From NCBI GenBank assembly GCA_046583315.1, contig JAYGCN010000257.1, positions 1 to 34,176 of the forward strand: a stretch of DNA of 34,176 nucleotides. The letters run 5' to 3'. The position numbers and the translations under genes were made by a program. The notes beneath the pieces were generated by a model. That model did not search any database. It was given only the letters and a program-made list of their open reading frames with translations, and was not told where the DNA came from. This stretch comes from Candidatus Hydrogenedentota bacterium. GTDB taxonomy: Bacteria > Hydrogenedentota > Hydrogenedentia > Hydrogenedentales > GCA-2746185. This document shows positions 1-9,665 of the stretch, one piece after another. Numbering within the stretch: the stretch's first letter is position 1; every line of letters starts with the position of its first letter.

Positions 1-1
1 C

Positions 2-214
2 CAGTTCCATCACTGGCATCATGGCGCAGAGAAAGAAGCGGTGGATAAAAATTTCGCCGTCCACCTACCGTTCCTGGATTGGCTTTTCGGTACCTATCAC
101 CTTCCAAAAAACCGCTGGCCGAAGTCCTATGGCATTGGCGAAGGTTCGCCCGTACCGAAGGGTATTGCACGACAATTCATCCACCCCTTCGTAGGAAAAT
201 CCAACGAGAAGTAA
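2..214 (+). CDS. Sterol desaturase / fatty acid hydroxylase family protein, C-terminal fragment (5' end outside window)
   Basis: Not in the ORF track. Frame 2 translates QFHHWHHGAEKEAVDKNFAVHLPFLDWLFGTYHLP...NEK* with the HHxHH box and the N-F/Y...D-x-LFGT motif of this family; TAA at 212-214. Confidence 0.85.
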   Translation, partial: QFHHWHHGAEKEAVDKNFAVHLPFLDWLFGTYHLPKNRWPKSYGIGEGSPVPKGIARQFIHPFVGKSNEK

Positions 215-276
215 GTTCGCATAATTGAATTAAGAAAGGTTAGACTGGCTCTACCCGCAACGAGGAGAGTACCATC

Positions 277-1557
277 GTGAAACCCCTGAGTCGTCGACAA
301 TTCTTTACAGTATCCGGCACACTCTGCGGTACGGTCCTGCTTGCCAATGCAACTGCGCACGGCCAGAACCAGGGGGCCCCTTTCCGCCGCACGTCGAAAG
401 AAGTGTTCATCCCCAGCGCGAACGACACCGGCGTATTCCCCGGCTTTGTCACGTACATCGACAAAGATAAACCGACCATCCTGCACCGTTCCGGCTGGGT
501 GGATGCTTCGGACACCTACGACAACTTCAGCGAGATGACCAGCTTCGACAACGGCGTTACGTGGACGGAACCGAAAATGGCGGTTAAAGCTATCCCCGTC
601 GATGGCGGTCTCATCCGATTTATCGAAAACGCGGCGTATTTTGACGAAGACTCCGGCGTTCTGACGACCTTCGTTAGCAAGAGTTTTTATCCCAACGGCA
701 AATTCGACTCGAATCAGGCCCGCCGTGTCCTGATCACGCGCAGTATTCCGAAAACAGGAAAAATTCTCGATGAGCAGGAGTTGGATTTCGGACGACGCAG
801 CGGCGTATCGGTCAGTTTTACCTTCCCCATCAAAACGACGACCGGACGCCTCATCGTTCCCGTCTTCTCGGCGCAGACCAACGATGCGGGCGAGTTTGTC
901 CATCACCCCGTCTCGAAGACAAACATTTACGAAACCTACATGATGCTTGGCGATCCGCAATCCGACGGTAGCGTGAAATGGTCACTCAGCGAGGCCATTA
1001 AAGCCGATGATGAACGCAGCACCCGCGGCTTTAGTGAATCGACTCCGGTGCAACTCAACGATGGTCGCATCGCAACGCTGTCCCGTGGAAGCAACGCGCG
1101 CGCGAAAGATACATTGCCCGGCTACAAATGGTTGTGCTTCTCGAAAGACGACGGATCCAACTGGTCCGAGCCCATGCCCATGACTTGCAGCGACGGTTCC
1201 GAAATCGAATCCTCCGCCACGGGGTCCGCGCTCATTCGTTCCGTCAAAAACGGCAAGCTCTACTTCGTAGGCAACCTCTGTGCCGACGGAAAACGTGCTG
1301 ACGGTAACTGGCCACGCAGTCCCCTGCACATCGCCGAAGTCGACGAGTCTACGGTCTCAATCATCCGGGACTCGATCACAATAATCGATCAACGTGACGA
1401 CACCGACACCGATCGCACGCAGATTTCAAACTTCCGTTACTACCAGGATCGCGAGACAAACGAAATCGTCATCTTCGCCACACGCTTTGGTGAGAACGAG
1501 ACGAAAAACTGGAAACGCGCCGATTATTACCGATACCGCGTGGCGATAATCGATTAA
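277..1557 (+). CDS. Tat-exported BNR/Asp-box beta-propeller protein (sialidase-like)
   Basis: GTG start with GAGGAG RBS at 262-267; twin-arginine signal SRRQFF; Asp-boxes SFDNGVTW and SKDDGSNW. Confidence 0.75.
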   Translation: MKPLSRRQFFTVSGTLCGTVLLANATAHGQNQGAPFRRTSKEVFIPSANDTGVFPGFVTYIDKDKPTILHRSGWVDASDTYDNFSEMTSFDNGVTWTEPKMAVKAIPVDGGLIRFIENAAYFDEDSGVLTTFVSKSFYPNGKFDSNQARRVLITRSIPKTGKILDEQELDFGRRSGVSVSFTFPIKTTTGRLIVPVFSAQTNDAGEFVHHPVSKTNIYETYMMLGDPQSDGSVKWSLSEAIKADDERSTRGFSESTPVQLNDGRIATLSRGSNARAKDTLPGYKWLCFSKDDGSNWSEPMPMTCSDGSEIESSATGSALIRSVKNGKLYFVGNLCADGKRADGNWPRSPLHIAEVDESTVSIIRDSITIIDQRDDTDTDRTQISNFRYYQDRETNEIVIFATRFGENETKNWKRADYYRYRVAIID

Positions 1558-1592
1558 TCAACACGTTTCCAGTGTACCTCTACACTCTGGAA

Positions 1593-2003
1593 TTAGCCTT
1601 TGACGGCATCCGCACCGGCGGAAGCAACCGCGTGATCGTCCTCCACCGTGCTGCCCGAGACGCCGATCGCGCCGATAATCGCGCCATCTCCATTTTGAAT
1701 GGGCACGCCACCCGGAAACGAAATCAATCCGCCATTCGAAACTTCGATACCATAAAGTGGCTCGCCCGGTTGCGAAAGACCGCCAATCGCACCACTATCC
1801 ATGTCAAATAACTTCGCCGTCTTCGCTTTCTTCATCGCGATATCAATCGAGCCTATCCACGCGCCGTCCATGCGCGCAAAAGCCGTCAGATTGGTACCCG
1901 AGTCAATTACCGCGATATCCATCTTCACGCCAAGCTCGTCCGCTTTTAGAATCGCCGCATCCACCGCCGCTTGGGCCTGAGCCAATGTAATGTTCATGTT
2001 CAT
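1593..2003 (-). CDS. GlcG/HbpS family heme-binding protein
   Basis: [33 protein letters not shown]...GAIGVSG motifs. RBS spacing (AGGAG) suggests the true start may be 1997. Confidence 0.9.
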   Translation of the reverse strand: MNMNITLAQAQAAVDAAILKADELGVKMDIAVIDSGTNLTAFARMDGAWIGSIDIAMKKAKTAKLFDMDSGAIGGLSQPGEPLYGIEVSNGGLISFPGGVPIQNGDGAIIGAIGVSGSTVEDDHAVASAGADAVKG

Positions 2004-2134
2004 TTCTCCTTAATTGGTCTATCTCTACGTCCGCGCGTCAAATGTCGCGCATAAAAATCGATTGAAAGAGTGTACTCAATTCGATAAGCTGAAGGGAACT
2101 ACTTTGAAAGCCCAATACCCAACGGGAAACCATC

Positions 2135-3163
2135 ATGAGAAAACTACAGTTCGTTGTCCTGCTCTTTGGCATCGCCATCACCTTGCCAGCCGTTGCTGAT
2201 GAATTCAGCGTCGTCTTCAAAGGAGACGACGGTCCCGGCAAAGGCAAACACATCGTCTTCATCGCCTCCGACCATGAATACCGCAGTGAAGAAGGCATCC
2301 CCGCCCTCGCGCGAATCATGGCCAAACACTACGGCTTCAAATGCACGGTCATATTCGGCATCGATCCCGAAACGGGCTTCGTCATACCCGGCAGCAGCCA
2401 TCTCGGCGGTCTCAACATCCTCAAAAAAGCCGACCTCATGGTCATCGGCATGCGCTTCATCAACATGCCCGACGAGGAAATGCAACACTTTGTCGATTAC
2501 GTGGATCGTGGCGGCCCAATCATCGCCCTGCGCACCTCCACCCACGCCTTCAACATTCCCAAAGGCCGAAAATTTCATTCCTACACTCACAACTATTCCG
2601 GCGACGAATTCAAAAACGGCTTCGGACGTCAGGTGCTCGGCGAAACATGGGTCACGCACTATGGCGACAACCATCGACAGAGCTCCATCCTGGCCGTCGA
2701 ACAATCCAACAAGAATCATCCAGCTCTCATCGGTGTAAAGAAGATGCACACCCAGGCTGGCGGCTACACGGCCTATCCCCCCGACGATGTGACCATCCTT
2801 GCGCGGGGTATCATCCTGAACGGCATGACCATCGATTCATCAGTCGACACAAAGAAAGAACTCATGCCGGTGGTGTGGGCCCGTGAACGCAAAAGCACCT
2901 CCGGCACGGTTGCGCGAATCCTGTGCACCACCCAGGGCGCATCCCAGGACCTCGTCAATGACGGCTTCCGACGCCTGCTCGTCAACGCTCACCTCTGGTG
3001 TCTGGGCATGGAAGACGAAATCAAACCAGACAACCCCATCGACTTCCTCGGCGAATACAACCCCACCGTATTCAGCTTCGAAGAATTCCGGCGCGGCATC
3101 AAACCCAAAGACATCAAAGGATTCAAGTCCCCGATCTGGGGTGCCGATATCCCGACCAAATAA
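2135..3163 (+). CDS. Secreted ThuA-like (class I glutamine amidotransferase-like fold) protein
   Basis: Signal peptide; GPGKGKHIVFIASDHEYRSEE, RTSTHAF and LGETWVTHYG segments typical of ThuA-domain proteins of planctomycete-like bacteria. Confidence 0.7.
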   Translation: MRKLQFVVLLFGIAITLPAVADEFSVVFKGDDGPGKGKHIVFIASDHEYRSEEGIPALARIMAKHYGFKCTVIFGIDPETGFVIPGSSHLGGLNILKKADLMVIGMRFINMPDEEMQHFVDYVDRGGPIIALRTSTHAFNIPKGRKFHSYTHNYSGDEFKNGFGRQVLGETWVTHYGDNHRQSSILAVEQSNKNHPALIGVKKMHTQAGGYTAYPPDDVTILARGIILNGMTIDSSVDTKKELMPVVWARERKSTSGTVARILCTTQGASQDLVNDGFRRLLVNAHLWCLGMEDEIKPDNPIDFLGEYNPTVFSFEEFRRGIKPKDIKGFKSPIWGADIPTK

Positions 3164-3202
3164 TGTCCATTTGCATGTAGCACTCCAAAATCAGGAAACT
3201 CC

Positions 3203-5389
3203 ATGAACAACTTTGTACGCATTGTCAGCTTCTCCGTCGCCTTCGCAACTATTATTGCCGCCACCCACGCCGCAGAGGTCCCACACGTTACGGTCGGGAA
3301 ATTCCCGCAGGAAGTCGGCGTTAGCTACACAACGAAAGACGGGCTGCCATCGAATGACGTGCAATCGATTCATCTGCATAATGACGGCTACATCGTCGCG
3401 GAGACCGCTGCGGGATGGGTGTCGATCACGGACGGTCAGTTGAAGAAGATATCTACACCGGACGGAAAATTACTTGAAGGCTACGTGGATCCGGCATTGT
3501 ATGCTGGCGTTCCGGGAGAAATTCGGCAGGCAGCGCAAGGTGAATTGATTGCTGTGGCTTCTTCGGAAGGACTTTTCATCCAGACGCGAGACGGCTTCAA
3601 AAAGAGACTCGTCGACGACGGATTAGGACGATTCTGGGGTGCGTCGGATGTGCGCGGGGTTGCGGTGGATGATCACGATGCCTGGTTCGTCTCACCTGCC
3701 GGTGTCGCAACTGAATTTGAGGACAAATGGACCTTTTACACGGGAGCAGAAGGTCTACCCTTCAATGACTTCACCTGTGTAGAAACGGGAATCAAAGGGG
3801 TGACGTGGTTCAATAACAACAAAGGCGCCACCTGGTTCGGCACAACGAAGGGGGCAATCCGATTCAAAGATGGGGAGTTCGCCTACCGTCAAGGCCATCG
3901 TTGGTTACCGCATGATGAGATTCGGGATATCGCGATTGATAGGCGAGGCCAGGCCTGGTTCGCAACTGCGGGCGGGGTCGGTGTCATCGAACGCCGCATG
4001 ATGACGCTCGCCGAGAAAGCTGACCACTACGAGCGCGACATGGGTCTCATTCGTCGGACTCCATTCGGTTATGTCGCCGAAGTCAGCCTTGCCGTTCCCG
4101 GAGACAAAACCAGTGAAGTCCGCCATCACGATTCGGATAACGACGGTTTGTGGTCTGCCATGTACGGTGCTGCCGAATGTTTTGCCTATGCCGCCACCAA
4201 AGCCCCTAAAGCGAAGGAACGTGCCAAGAAAATATTCGAAGCGCTACGCCATCTTCAAAAAGTGACCCAGGGTGGCGAGCATAGTCCTCCCCACGGATAC
4301 GTCGCACGCACCATTTTGCCTGCCGACGGCCCGGACCCCAATATTGGCCGCTACGAACGGGACAAAAAAGAACGCGAAACTGGCGACACCTATTGGAAAG
4401 CCTACGAACACCGCTGGCCCAAAAGTGCCGATGGCAAATGGTACTGGAAAAGCGATACCAGCTCAGACGAACTCGACGGGCATTATTTTTTCTACCCGCT
4501 TTATTACGACCTCGTGGCCGAAACTGAAGAAGAAAAAGAACGTGTCCGTGAAGTTGTGCGCGATCTCACCGATCACCTGATCAAATACGGCTACAACCTC
4601 ATCGATCACGACGGCACCGTCACACGCTGGGGTGTGTACTCACCCGAAGCACTCAACCACGATTGGTATTGGTGGTACGAGCGCGGCCTGAAATCCCTGA
4701 GCATGTTGTCCTACCTCACCGTCGCCGAACACATCACGGGCGATCCCGTCTATGGCATGCACTTCGATGAACTCGTCAGTAAACATGGCTTCGACACCAA
4801 CGCCATGCACTACAAAATTCAAAGCGGTGCCGGCTCCGGAAATCAATCCGACGACGAGATGGCCTTCATGTCTTACTACAATCTTCTCAACTACGTGCAA
4901 GACGGTGCCGTACGTGCGAAGATCCTTTTCTCCTTCTACATGGCTTACAGCATCGAACAGCCCGAAATGAATCCCTTCTTTAACTTCGCCTATGCCGCCC
5001 ATGGACTGGACGAGACTTTCAGCGACCCCTGGGGCGACCACTCCGTTGAACCCTGGGACGGCTGGCTTGAAGATTCCATGGCCACGCTCTACGGCTTCTC
5101 ACTCGATCGCTACAACTGGGCCCAACAGAACAGCCACCGTATCGATCTCGTCCCCATGTCACGCCAAAACTCTATCGACGTCACCGACAGTGCGACGCGC
5201 TACAAAACCCGCGGCTACCGCAACAACGGCAAAGTCATCCCCGTCGAGAATCGCTTCTTCAACCACTGGAACACCGACCCCTGGCGGCTCGACTACGGCG
5301 GCGCGGGCAATGGCCTTGGCAACGGTACCGTCTTTTTGCTCCCGTATTATATGGGCCTCTACCACGGATTCATCCGCGAAGCGGAATAG
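3203..5389 (+). CDS. Secreted uncharacterised protein: N-terminal Reg_prop-like propeller repeats plus probable (alpha/alpha) toroid domain
   Basis: Signal peptide; repeats YTTKDGLPSNDV, YTGAEGLPFNDF, WFGTTKG, WLPHDEIRDIAID, WFATAGG; helical C-terminal half with acidic motifs DSDNDGLW and WKSDTSSDELDGH. Confidence 0.7.
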   Translation: MNNFVRIVSFSVAFATIIAATHAAEVPHVTVGKFPQEVGVSYTTKDGLPSNDVQSIHLHNDGYIVAETAAGWVSITDGQLKKISTPDGKLLEGYVDPALYAGVPGEIRQAAQGELIAVASSEGLFIQTRDGFKKRLVDDGLGRFWGASDVRGVAVDDHDAWFVSPAGVATEFEDKWTFYTGAEGLPFNDFTCVETGIKGVTWFNNNKGATWFGTTKGAIRFKDGEFAYRQGHRWLPHDEIRDIAIDRRGQAWFATAGGVGVIERRMMTLAEKADHYERDMGLIRRTPFGYVAEVSLAVPGDKTSEVRHHDSDNDGLWSAMYGAAECFAYAATKAPKAKERAKKIFEALRHLQKVTQGGEHSPPHGYVARTILPADGPDPNIGRYERDKKERETGDTYWKAYEHRWPKSADGKWYWKSDTSSDELDGHYFFYPLYYDLVAETEEEKERVREVVRDLTDHLIKYGYNLIDHDGTVTRWGVYSPEALNHDWYWWYERGLKSLSMLSYLTVAEHITGDPVYGMHFDELVSKHGFDTNAMHYKIQSGAGSGNQSDDEMAFMSYYNLLNYVQDGAVRAKILFSFYMAYSIEQPEMNPFFNFAYAAHGLDETFSDPWGDHSVEPWDGWLEDSMATLYGFSLDRYNWAQQNSHRIDLVPMSRQNSIDVTDSATRYKTRGYRNNGKVIPVENRFFNHWNTDPWRLDYGGAGNGLGNGTVFLLPYYMGLYHGFIREAE

Positions 5390-5409
5390 TGTACGTTTCG
5401 CCGCGCGGG

Positions 5410-5418
5410 TGCTATGAT
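5410..5418 (+). promoter_or_regulatory. Candidate extended -10 promoter
   Basis: TGC-TATGAT in the intergenic gap about 40 nt before the ATG at 5460. Confidence 0.45.
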
Positions 5419-5459
5419 GACCAGAACCATTGGGCTGTCATAACAGAAGGATCCAGGCC

Positions 5460-7880
5460 ATGTCTCCTCGATTTCGTCATGCTTTCCTGTCGTTACTCGC
5501 ATCTGCACTCCTCGCAACTTCGTCTTTCGCGCAAGATCTGTACACCGTAGACAAGGTCGAAGCGCAACCGTTGATGGCTTCCGCGACGCGACTCGTCGAA
5601 GCGCTGGACTACCTCGGCAGCAGTCTTTCAGATGCCGACAAGAAACAGATCGGCAATCTCGCGGATGAAAGACCTTCGAAGGAAACGGTTGCGGAAATCC
5701 AGGCCATCCTCGATCCCTACTGTATCGCCATGGTCCACATCAGCGCCGAAGCCCGTGTCAAAGTCCTCAACGGCCCCGCATCCAAAAACGCCACGCTCAC
5801 CCAGAGCGGCTGGAAGAGTTTCCTCGTAAAAGTCCACAACGAAGCCGCCACGAACGCCGCGCTCGAATGGGAATCTCCGAACGCCGAGCCCGTAGTACAC
5901 GCCTCTTCCGGTCGACCGAATCCGAGAACGGAAAATCTGATTACGCCGGGCGAACTCGCCAACCGTTTCCTCGATCTCGCCATCTACCGACGCCGTCCGA
6001 TGAAAGCCTCTCTCTCGGGACTCTCACTCGAATACCAAATCGTGCAAATCTACACAACCGCCGAAGGCAAAAAGGAAGCCACTCTGGGATTCCACGTCGG
6101 ACAAGGCACACAAGACATCGGATACCGGAACGCCATCAGCATACTCTTCACCATCTGGCCCTCGCTCAAAGTCACCTTCGATGTTCGTGACCACGACGGT
6201 GAAGCCACCATGGCATCCTTCATCATCCGCGACAACGTGGATCGACTCGGCAGTATAGGCAACGACTCTTCCCGAGCGAGCGACTACCGCATTTCGAGAG
6301 CTCGTAGCGCGCCCTGGGAACAACCCGGCCTCACCCATAAACCGCTCACAGGAATCTACCCCCTGCCGGCACGACGCGTCGCCGAAACCGATGAATACCC
6401 CGACTTCTTTTTCCAGGCACAGATCTATCGACAATCCGGCGAACACATCATGTTACCGCCAGGCGATTATGACGTCACCTACACTCGCGGTCCCGAATAC
6501 ATCCCACAGAACCGCGTCATGACCGTTCCTCTCGATGTCACGGAACACACCGAAACCTTCAACCTCAAACGCTGGATCAACATGGCCGAGAAAAATTGGT
6601 ACAGCCTCGATCACCACGTACATGGCGGCGGATGTGCCCACTACGAAAGCCCTGCCGCCGGAGTCGCGCCCTACGCCATGATGCGCCAGGCCTTGGGCGA
6701 AGATCTCAACGTCACCTGCGTTCTCTCATGGGGCCCCTGCTGGTATCACCAGAAAACATTCTTCGAAGGCGACGTCCACCAACTCTCTACCGACGAAAAT
6801 CTCATGCGTTACGATGTTGAAGTATCCGGATTCCCCTCCAGCCACGCCGGGCATCTCTGCCTCTTGCGCCTCACAGAAGACGACTACCCCAACACCACCA
6901 AAATCGAAGAATGGCCCAGCTACACGCTACCCGTACTCCAATGGGGACGGAGCCAGAATGGAATCGTCGGTTACTCCCACTCCGGCTGGGGTCTTGAACC
7001 GAAAGAACCCACCGACGACTTCCCCAATTACGTCATGGCCAAATTCGACGGCATCGGTGCCAACGAATACATCATGACCGTCACCCACGGCGCCGTCGAT
7101 TTCATTTCCGCAGGCGACACCCCGTGGAACTGGGAACTCAACATCTGGTACCACGTCCTCAACTCCGGCTACCGAACAGCCATCAGCGGCGAAACCGATT
7201 TCCCCTGCATCTTCGACGAACGCATCGGCATGGCGCGCAGCTACACGAAACTCGATGACCAACTCGGCTACGATCCCTTCGTTGATGAAATCCGAAAAGG
7301 CCTCAACTACGTCTCGGATGGTCGCGCTCACCTCTTCGAATTTGCCATCGACTCGGTCAACACCGCGGACAATCAGAACGAATTAACATTGGACAAGGCG
7401 AAGACCGTAACCATCTCCGTCAACGCCGCCGCATTCCTTCCCGAAGAACAAGATCGCGCGGGCGAACGCATCCAACATGGAGGCAACCAAGGCAGACCTT
7501 ACTGGCACGTCGAGAAAAGCCGCATCCCGGATACGCAAAAAGTACCCGTCGAACTCGTCGTCAACGGTGAAGCCGTCGCACGCACTGAAATCCTCGCAGA
7601 CGGAACCGTGCGACCCATCGAATTCACCCACGCGATTACAGAATCCTCCTGGGTCGCACTCCGCATCCCCTATTCAGCCCACACCAATCCAATCTACGTC
7701 ACAGTAAATAACAAACCCATCCGCGCATCGCAGCAAAGCACCCAATGGTGTCGCGATGCCGTAGAGCAATGCTGGACCATGAAAAAAGAGCGTATTCGGG
7801 ACGACAATATGGACGACGCCATCGCCGCATACGACCACGCCCGCAAGGCCTACGACGCGATTTTGGCCGACTTCAATTAA
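5460..7880 (+). CDS. Secreted CehA/McbA-family (PHP-like) metallohydrolase
   Basis: Start moved to ATG 5460 (RBS GAAGGA, signal peptide follows). Motifs YTRGPEY, DHHVHGGGCAHY, VEVSGFPSSHAGH, YSHSGWGL, WYHVLNSG, SGETDFPC, AHTNPIYV. Confidence 0.75.
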   Translation: MSPRFRHAFLSLLASALLATSSFAQDLYTVDKVEAQPLMASATRLVEALDYLGSSLSDADKKQIGNLADERPSKETVAEIQAILDPYCIAMVHISAEARVKVLNGPASKNATLTQSGWKSFLVKVHNEAATNAALEWESPNAEPVVHASSGRPNPRTENLITPGELANRFLDLAIYRRRPMKASLSGLSLEYQIVQIYTTAEGKKEATLGFHVGQGTQDIGYRNAISILFTIWPSLKVTFDVRDHDGEATMASFIIRDNVDRLGSIGNDSSRASDYRISRARSAPWEQPGLTHKPLTGIYPLPARRVAETDEYPDFFFQAQIYRQSGEHIMLPPGDYDVTYTRGPEYIPQNRVMTVPLDVTEHTETFNLKRWINMAEKNWYSLDHHVHGGGCAHYESPAAGVAPYAMMRQALGEDLNVTCVLSWGPCWYHQKTFFEGDVHQLSTDENLMRYDVEVSGFPSSHAGHLCLLRLTEDDYPNTTKIEEWPSYTLPVLQWGRSQNGIVGYSHSGWGLEPKEPTDDFPNYVMAKFDGIGANEYIMTVTHGAVDFISAGDTPWNWELNIWYHVLNSGYRTAISGETDFPCIFDERIGMARSYTKLDDQLGYDPFVDEIRKGLNYVSDGRAHLFEFAIDSVNTADNQNELTLDKAKTVTISVNAAAFLPEEQDRAGERIQHGGNQGRPYWHVEKSRIPDTQKVPVELVVNGEAVARTEILADGTVRPIEFTHAITESSWVALRIPYSAHTNPIYVTVNNKPIRASQQSTQWCRDAVEQCWTMKKERIRDDNMDDAIAAYDHARKAYDAILADFN

Positions 7881-7931
7881 CGCTGCGATCCACAAGTCGT
7901 TTCCCCCTATATTCTTAGCGCGAGATAAAAC

Positions 7932-7960
7932 TTGACATGGCACCTGGGCCTCTGTATACT
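7932..7960 (+). promoter_or_regulatory. Sigma70-type promoter for the helicase-typA operon
   Basis: TTGACA (7932-7937), 17 nt spacer, TATACT (7955-7960): near-perfect consensus. Confidence 0.85.
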
Positions 7961-7966
7961 TCCGCT

Positions 7967-8144
7967 CAGTTTAGACCTGCATCCACCGTATGCAGGCCCT
8001 GTTGTAACGCAACGTTAAGCGTTACGCGATGCTCACCTCAGATACTGGTCACTTCCTGTAGTTGTTTCCTATCTTGTTTGTGCTGAGCATACAGGTTCAG
8101 CCATGCAAGCACATTTGTGCCTTGCAACAAACATAGGAACCATT
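7967..8144 (+). promoter_or_regulatory. Long structured 5' leader (candidate cis-regulatory RNA)
   Basis: Stems 7976-7982/7990-7996, 7998-8002/8091-8095, 8004-8010/8019-8025, 8029-8035/8084-8090 and hairpin 8104-8126; 8066-8083 is complementary to the RBS region 8124-8139. Confidence 0.6.
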
Positions 8145-9635
8145 ATGTCTTTTAACGATTACGACCTCGATCCGTTCATTCTCAAGTACCTCAAGCGTCA
8201 AGGGATCGAAGAACCAACCCCCATTCAAGCCAAAGCAATCCCCTTAGCCCTCCAAGGCAAGGACCTCTTGGCCATTTCCCAGACCGGCTCCGGGAAAACA
8301 CTCGCCTTCGCATTACCGGGACTAGCCTGCCTCGACGAAGATCCTCCAGGCCGCAACCGCATGCTCGTGCTCACCCCCACCCGCGAACTCTGTCAACAGG
8401 TTCACAAAGTGGTTGAAGCACTCGGTCGCATCCTCGAACTCAACTCCGTATGCATCTTCGGCGGCGTCAGCATTGATCGCCAGACCAAGGCATTACGCCG
8501 AGGCGTTGACATCATTATCGCCACCCCCGGTCGTCTCATCGATCACATGGAACGCGGCAACATCGACTTCCGTGACCTCTCCACCCTCGTGTTGGACGAA
8601 GGCGATCGCATGCTCGACATGGGATTCATGCCTGACATCAAACGTATCCTGAAAGCACTTCCCGAAAACCGCCAGACCATGCTCTTCTCGGCGACCTTCC
8701 CCAAAGAAATTGAAAAACTCACGAAACAATTCTTGTATCAGCCCGAACGCATTGAAATTGGCTCGGTTTCCCCCGCCAAAGCCGTGCGCCAGGAAGTCTA
8801 CACGGTCGATCAGGCCAAGAAGCCTCGTCTACTTGAAAAACTTCTCGGTGAACCCAATGTGACTTCCACCATCGTATTCATGCGCACGAAACACCGCACG
8901 GATCGCGTAACCAAGACTATGCAGAAACTCGGCTTCAAAGCCGCTGCCATTCACGGCGGACGCTCCCAGAGCCAACGTAAACTCGCCCTCGACGGATTCC
9001 GCAAAGGTAAATACGAAGTACTGCTCGCCACCGATGTCGCCGCACGCGGAATCGACATCCAGGGCGTCACCCACGTCATCAACTACGATATTCCGACCGC
9101 CTTCGACGACTACGTACACCGTATCGGCCGTACCGCTCGCGCGAATGCCGACGGCGACGCGATTACTTTTGTTACACCCGAAGACAAGAAACTGCTCGCA
9201 GACATCGAGCGAGACCTCGGCCACCCGATTCCCCGCGCCGAATGGGTTGGTTCCGTTGACGTTGCAACCGACTCAAAACCGGAACGTAAGAAGTCCGCTT
9301 CACAACGCAACGGTGCGCCAAAACAGTCTGACCGTTCCGAACGATCAGGCCGCCCATCGAAACGTCGCCGGAATAATGATGAACGCCCTCAACGCTCCAG
9401 AAAGAGTAGCGAGCGCTCCGAAAACAGCGAACGCTCCGAAGGTCGTCCTGCGAAGAAGCGTGCCAATCGTCCATCAAAAAAGCGCAACAACAACACCTCC
9501 GGCGCAGGAAAATCCTCCGGAAACAATTCGCACAACTCCTCGCGTCCGGCGAAACCGGACAAACGTAAACAACAATCCCGCGGACGTAACGGCAGCACTT
9601 CGGGCCGCCCGTCACGTCAACGCGCCAACGCATAG
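8145..9635 (+). CDS. DEAD-box ATP-dependent RNA helicase (RhlE-like) with basic disordered C-terminal tail
   Basis: Start moved to ATG 8145 (AGGA RBS). Q motif PTPIQ, SQTGSGKT, PTREL, TPGRL, DEGD, SAT, ARGID, HRIGRTAR. Confidence 0.95.
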   Translation: MSFNDYDLDPFILKYLKRQGIEEPTPIQAKAIPLALQGKDLLAISQTGSGKTLAFALPGLACLDEDPPGRNRMLVLTPTRELCQQVHKVVEALGRILELNSVCIFGGVSIDRQTKALRRGVDIIIATPGRLIDHMERGNIDFRDLSTLVLDEGDRMLDMGFMPDIKRILKALPENRQTMLFSATFPKEIEKLTKQFLYQPERIEIGSVSPAKAVRQEVYTVDQAKKPRLLEKLLGEPNVTSTIVFMRTKHRTDRVTKTMQKLGFKAAAIHGGRSQSQRKLALDGFRKGKYEVLLATDVAARGIDIQGVTHVINYDIPTAFDDYVHRIGRTARANADGDAITFVTPEDKKLLADIERDLGHPIPRAEWVGSVDVATDSKPERKKSASQRNGAPKQSDRSERSGRPSKRRRNNDERPQRSRKSSERSENSERSEGRPAKKRANRPSKKRNNNTSGAGKSSGNNSHNSSRPAKPDKRKQQSRGRNGSTSGRPSRQRANA

Positions 9636-9665
9636 TTTCCAAGAACCCTGAACAGGAATTTTGAC

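Noticed and set aside
127..960. 277-aa - strand ORF
   Set aside because: Overlaps two better supported + strand genes (desaturase fragment and Tat-exported BNR protein).
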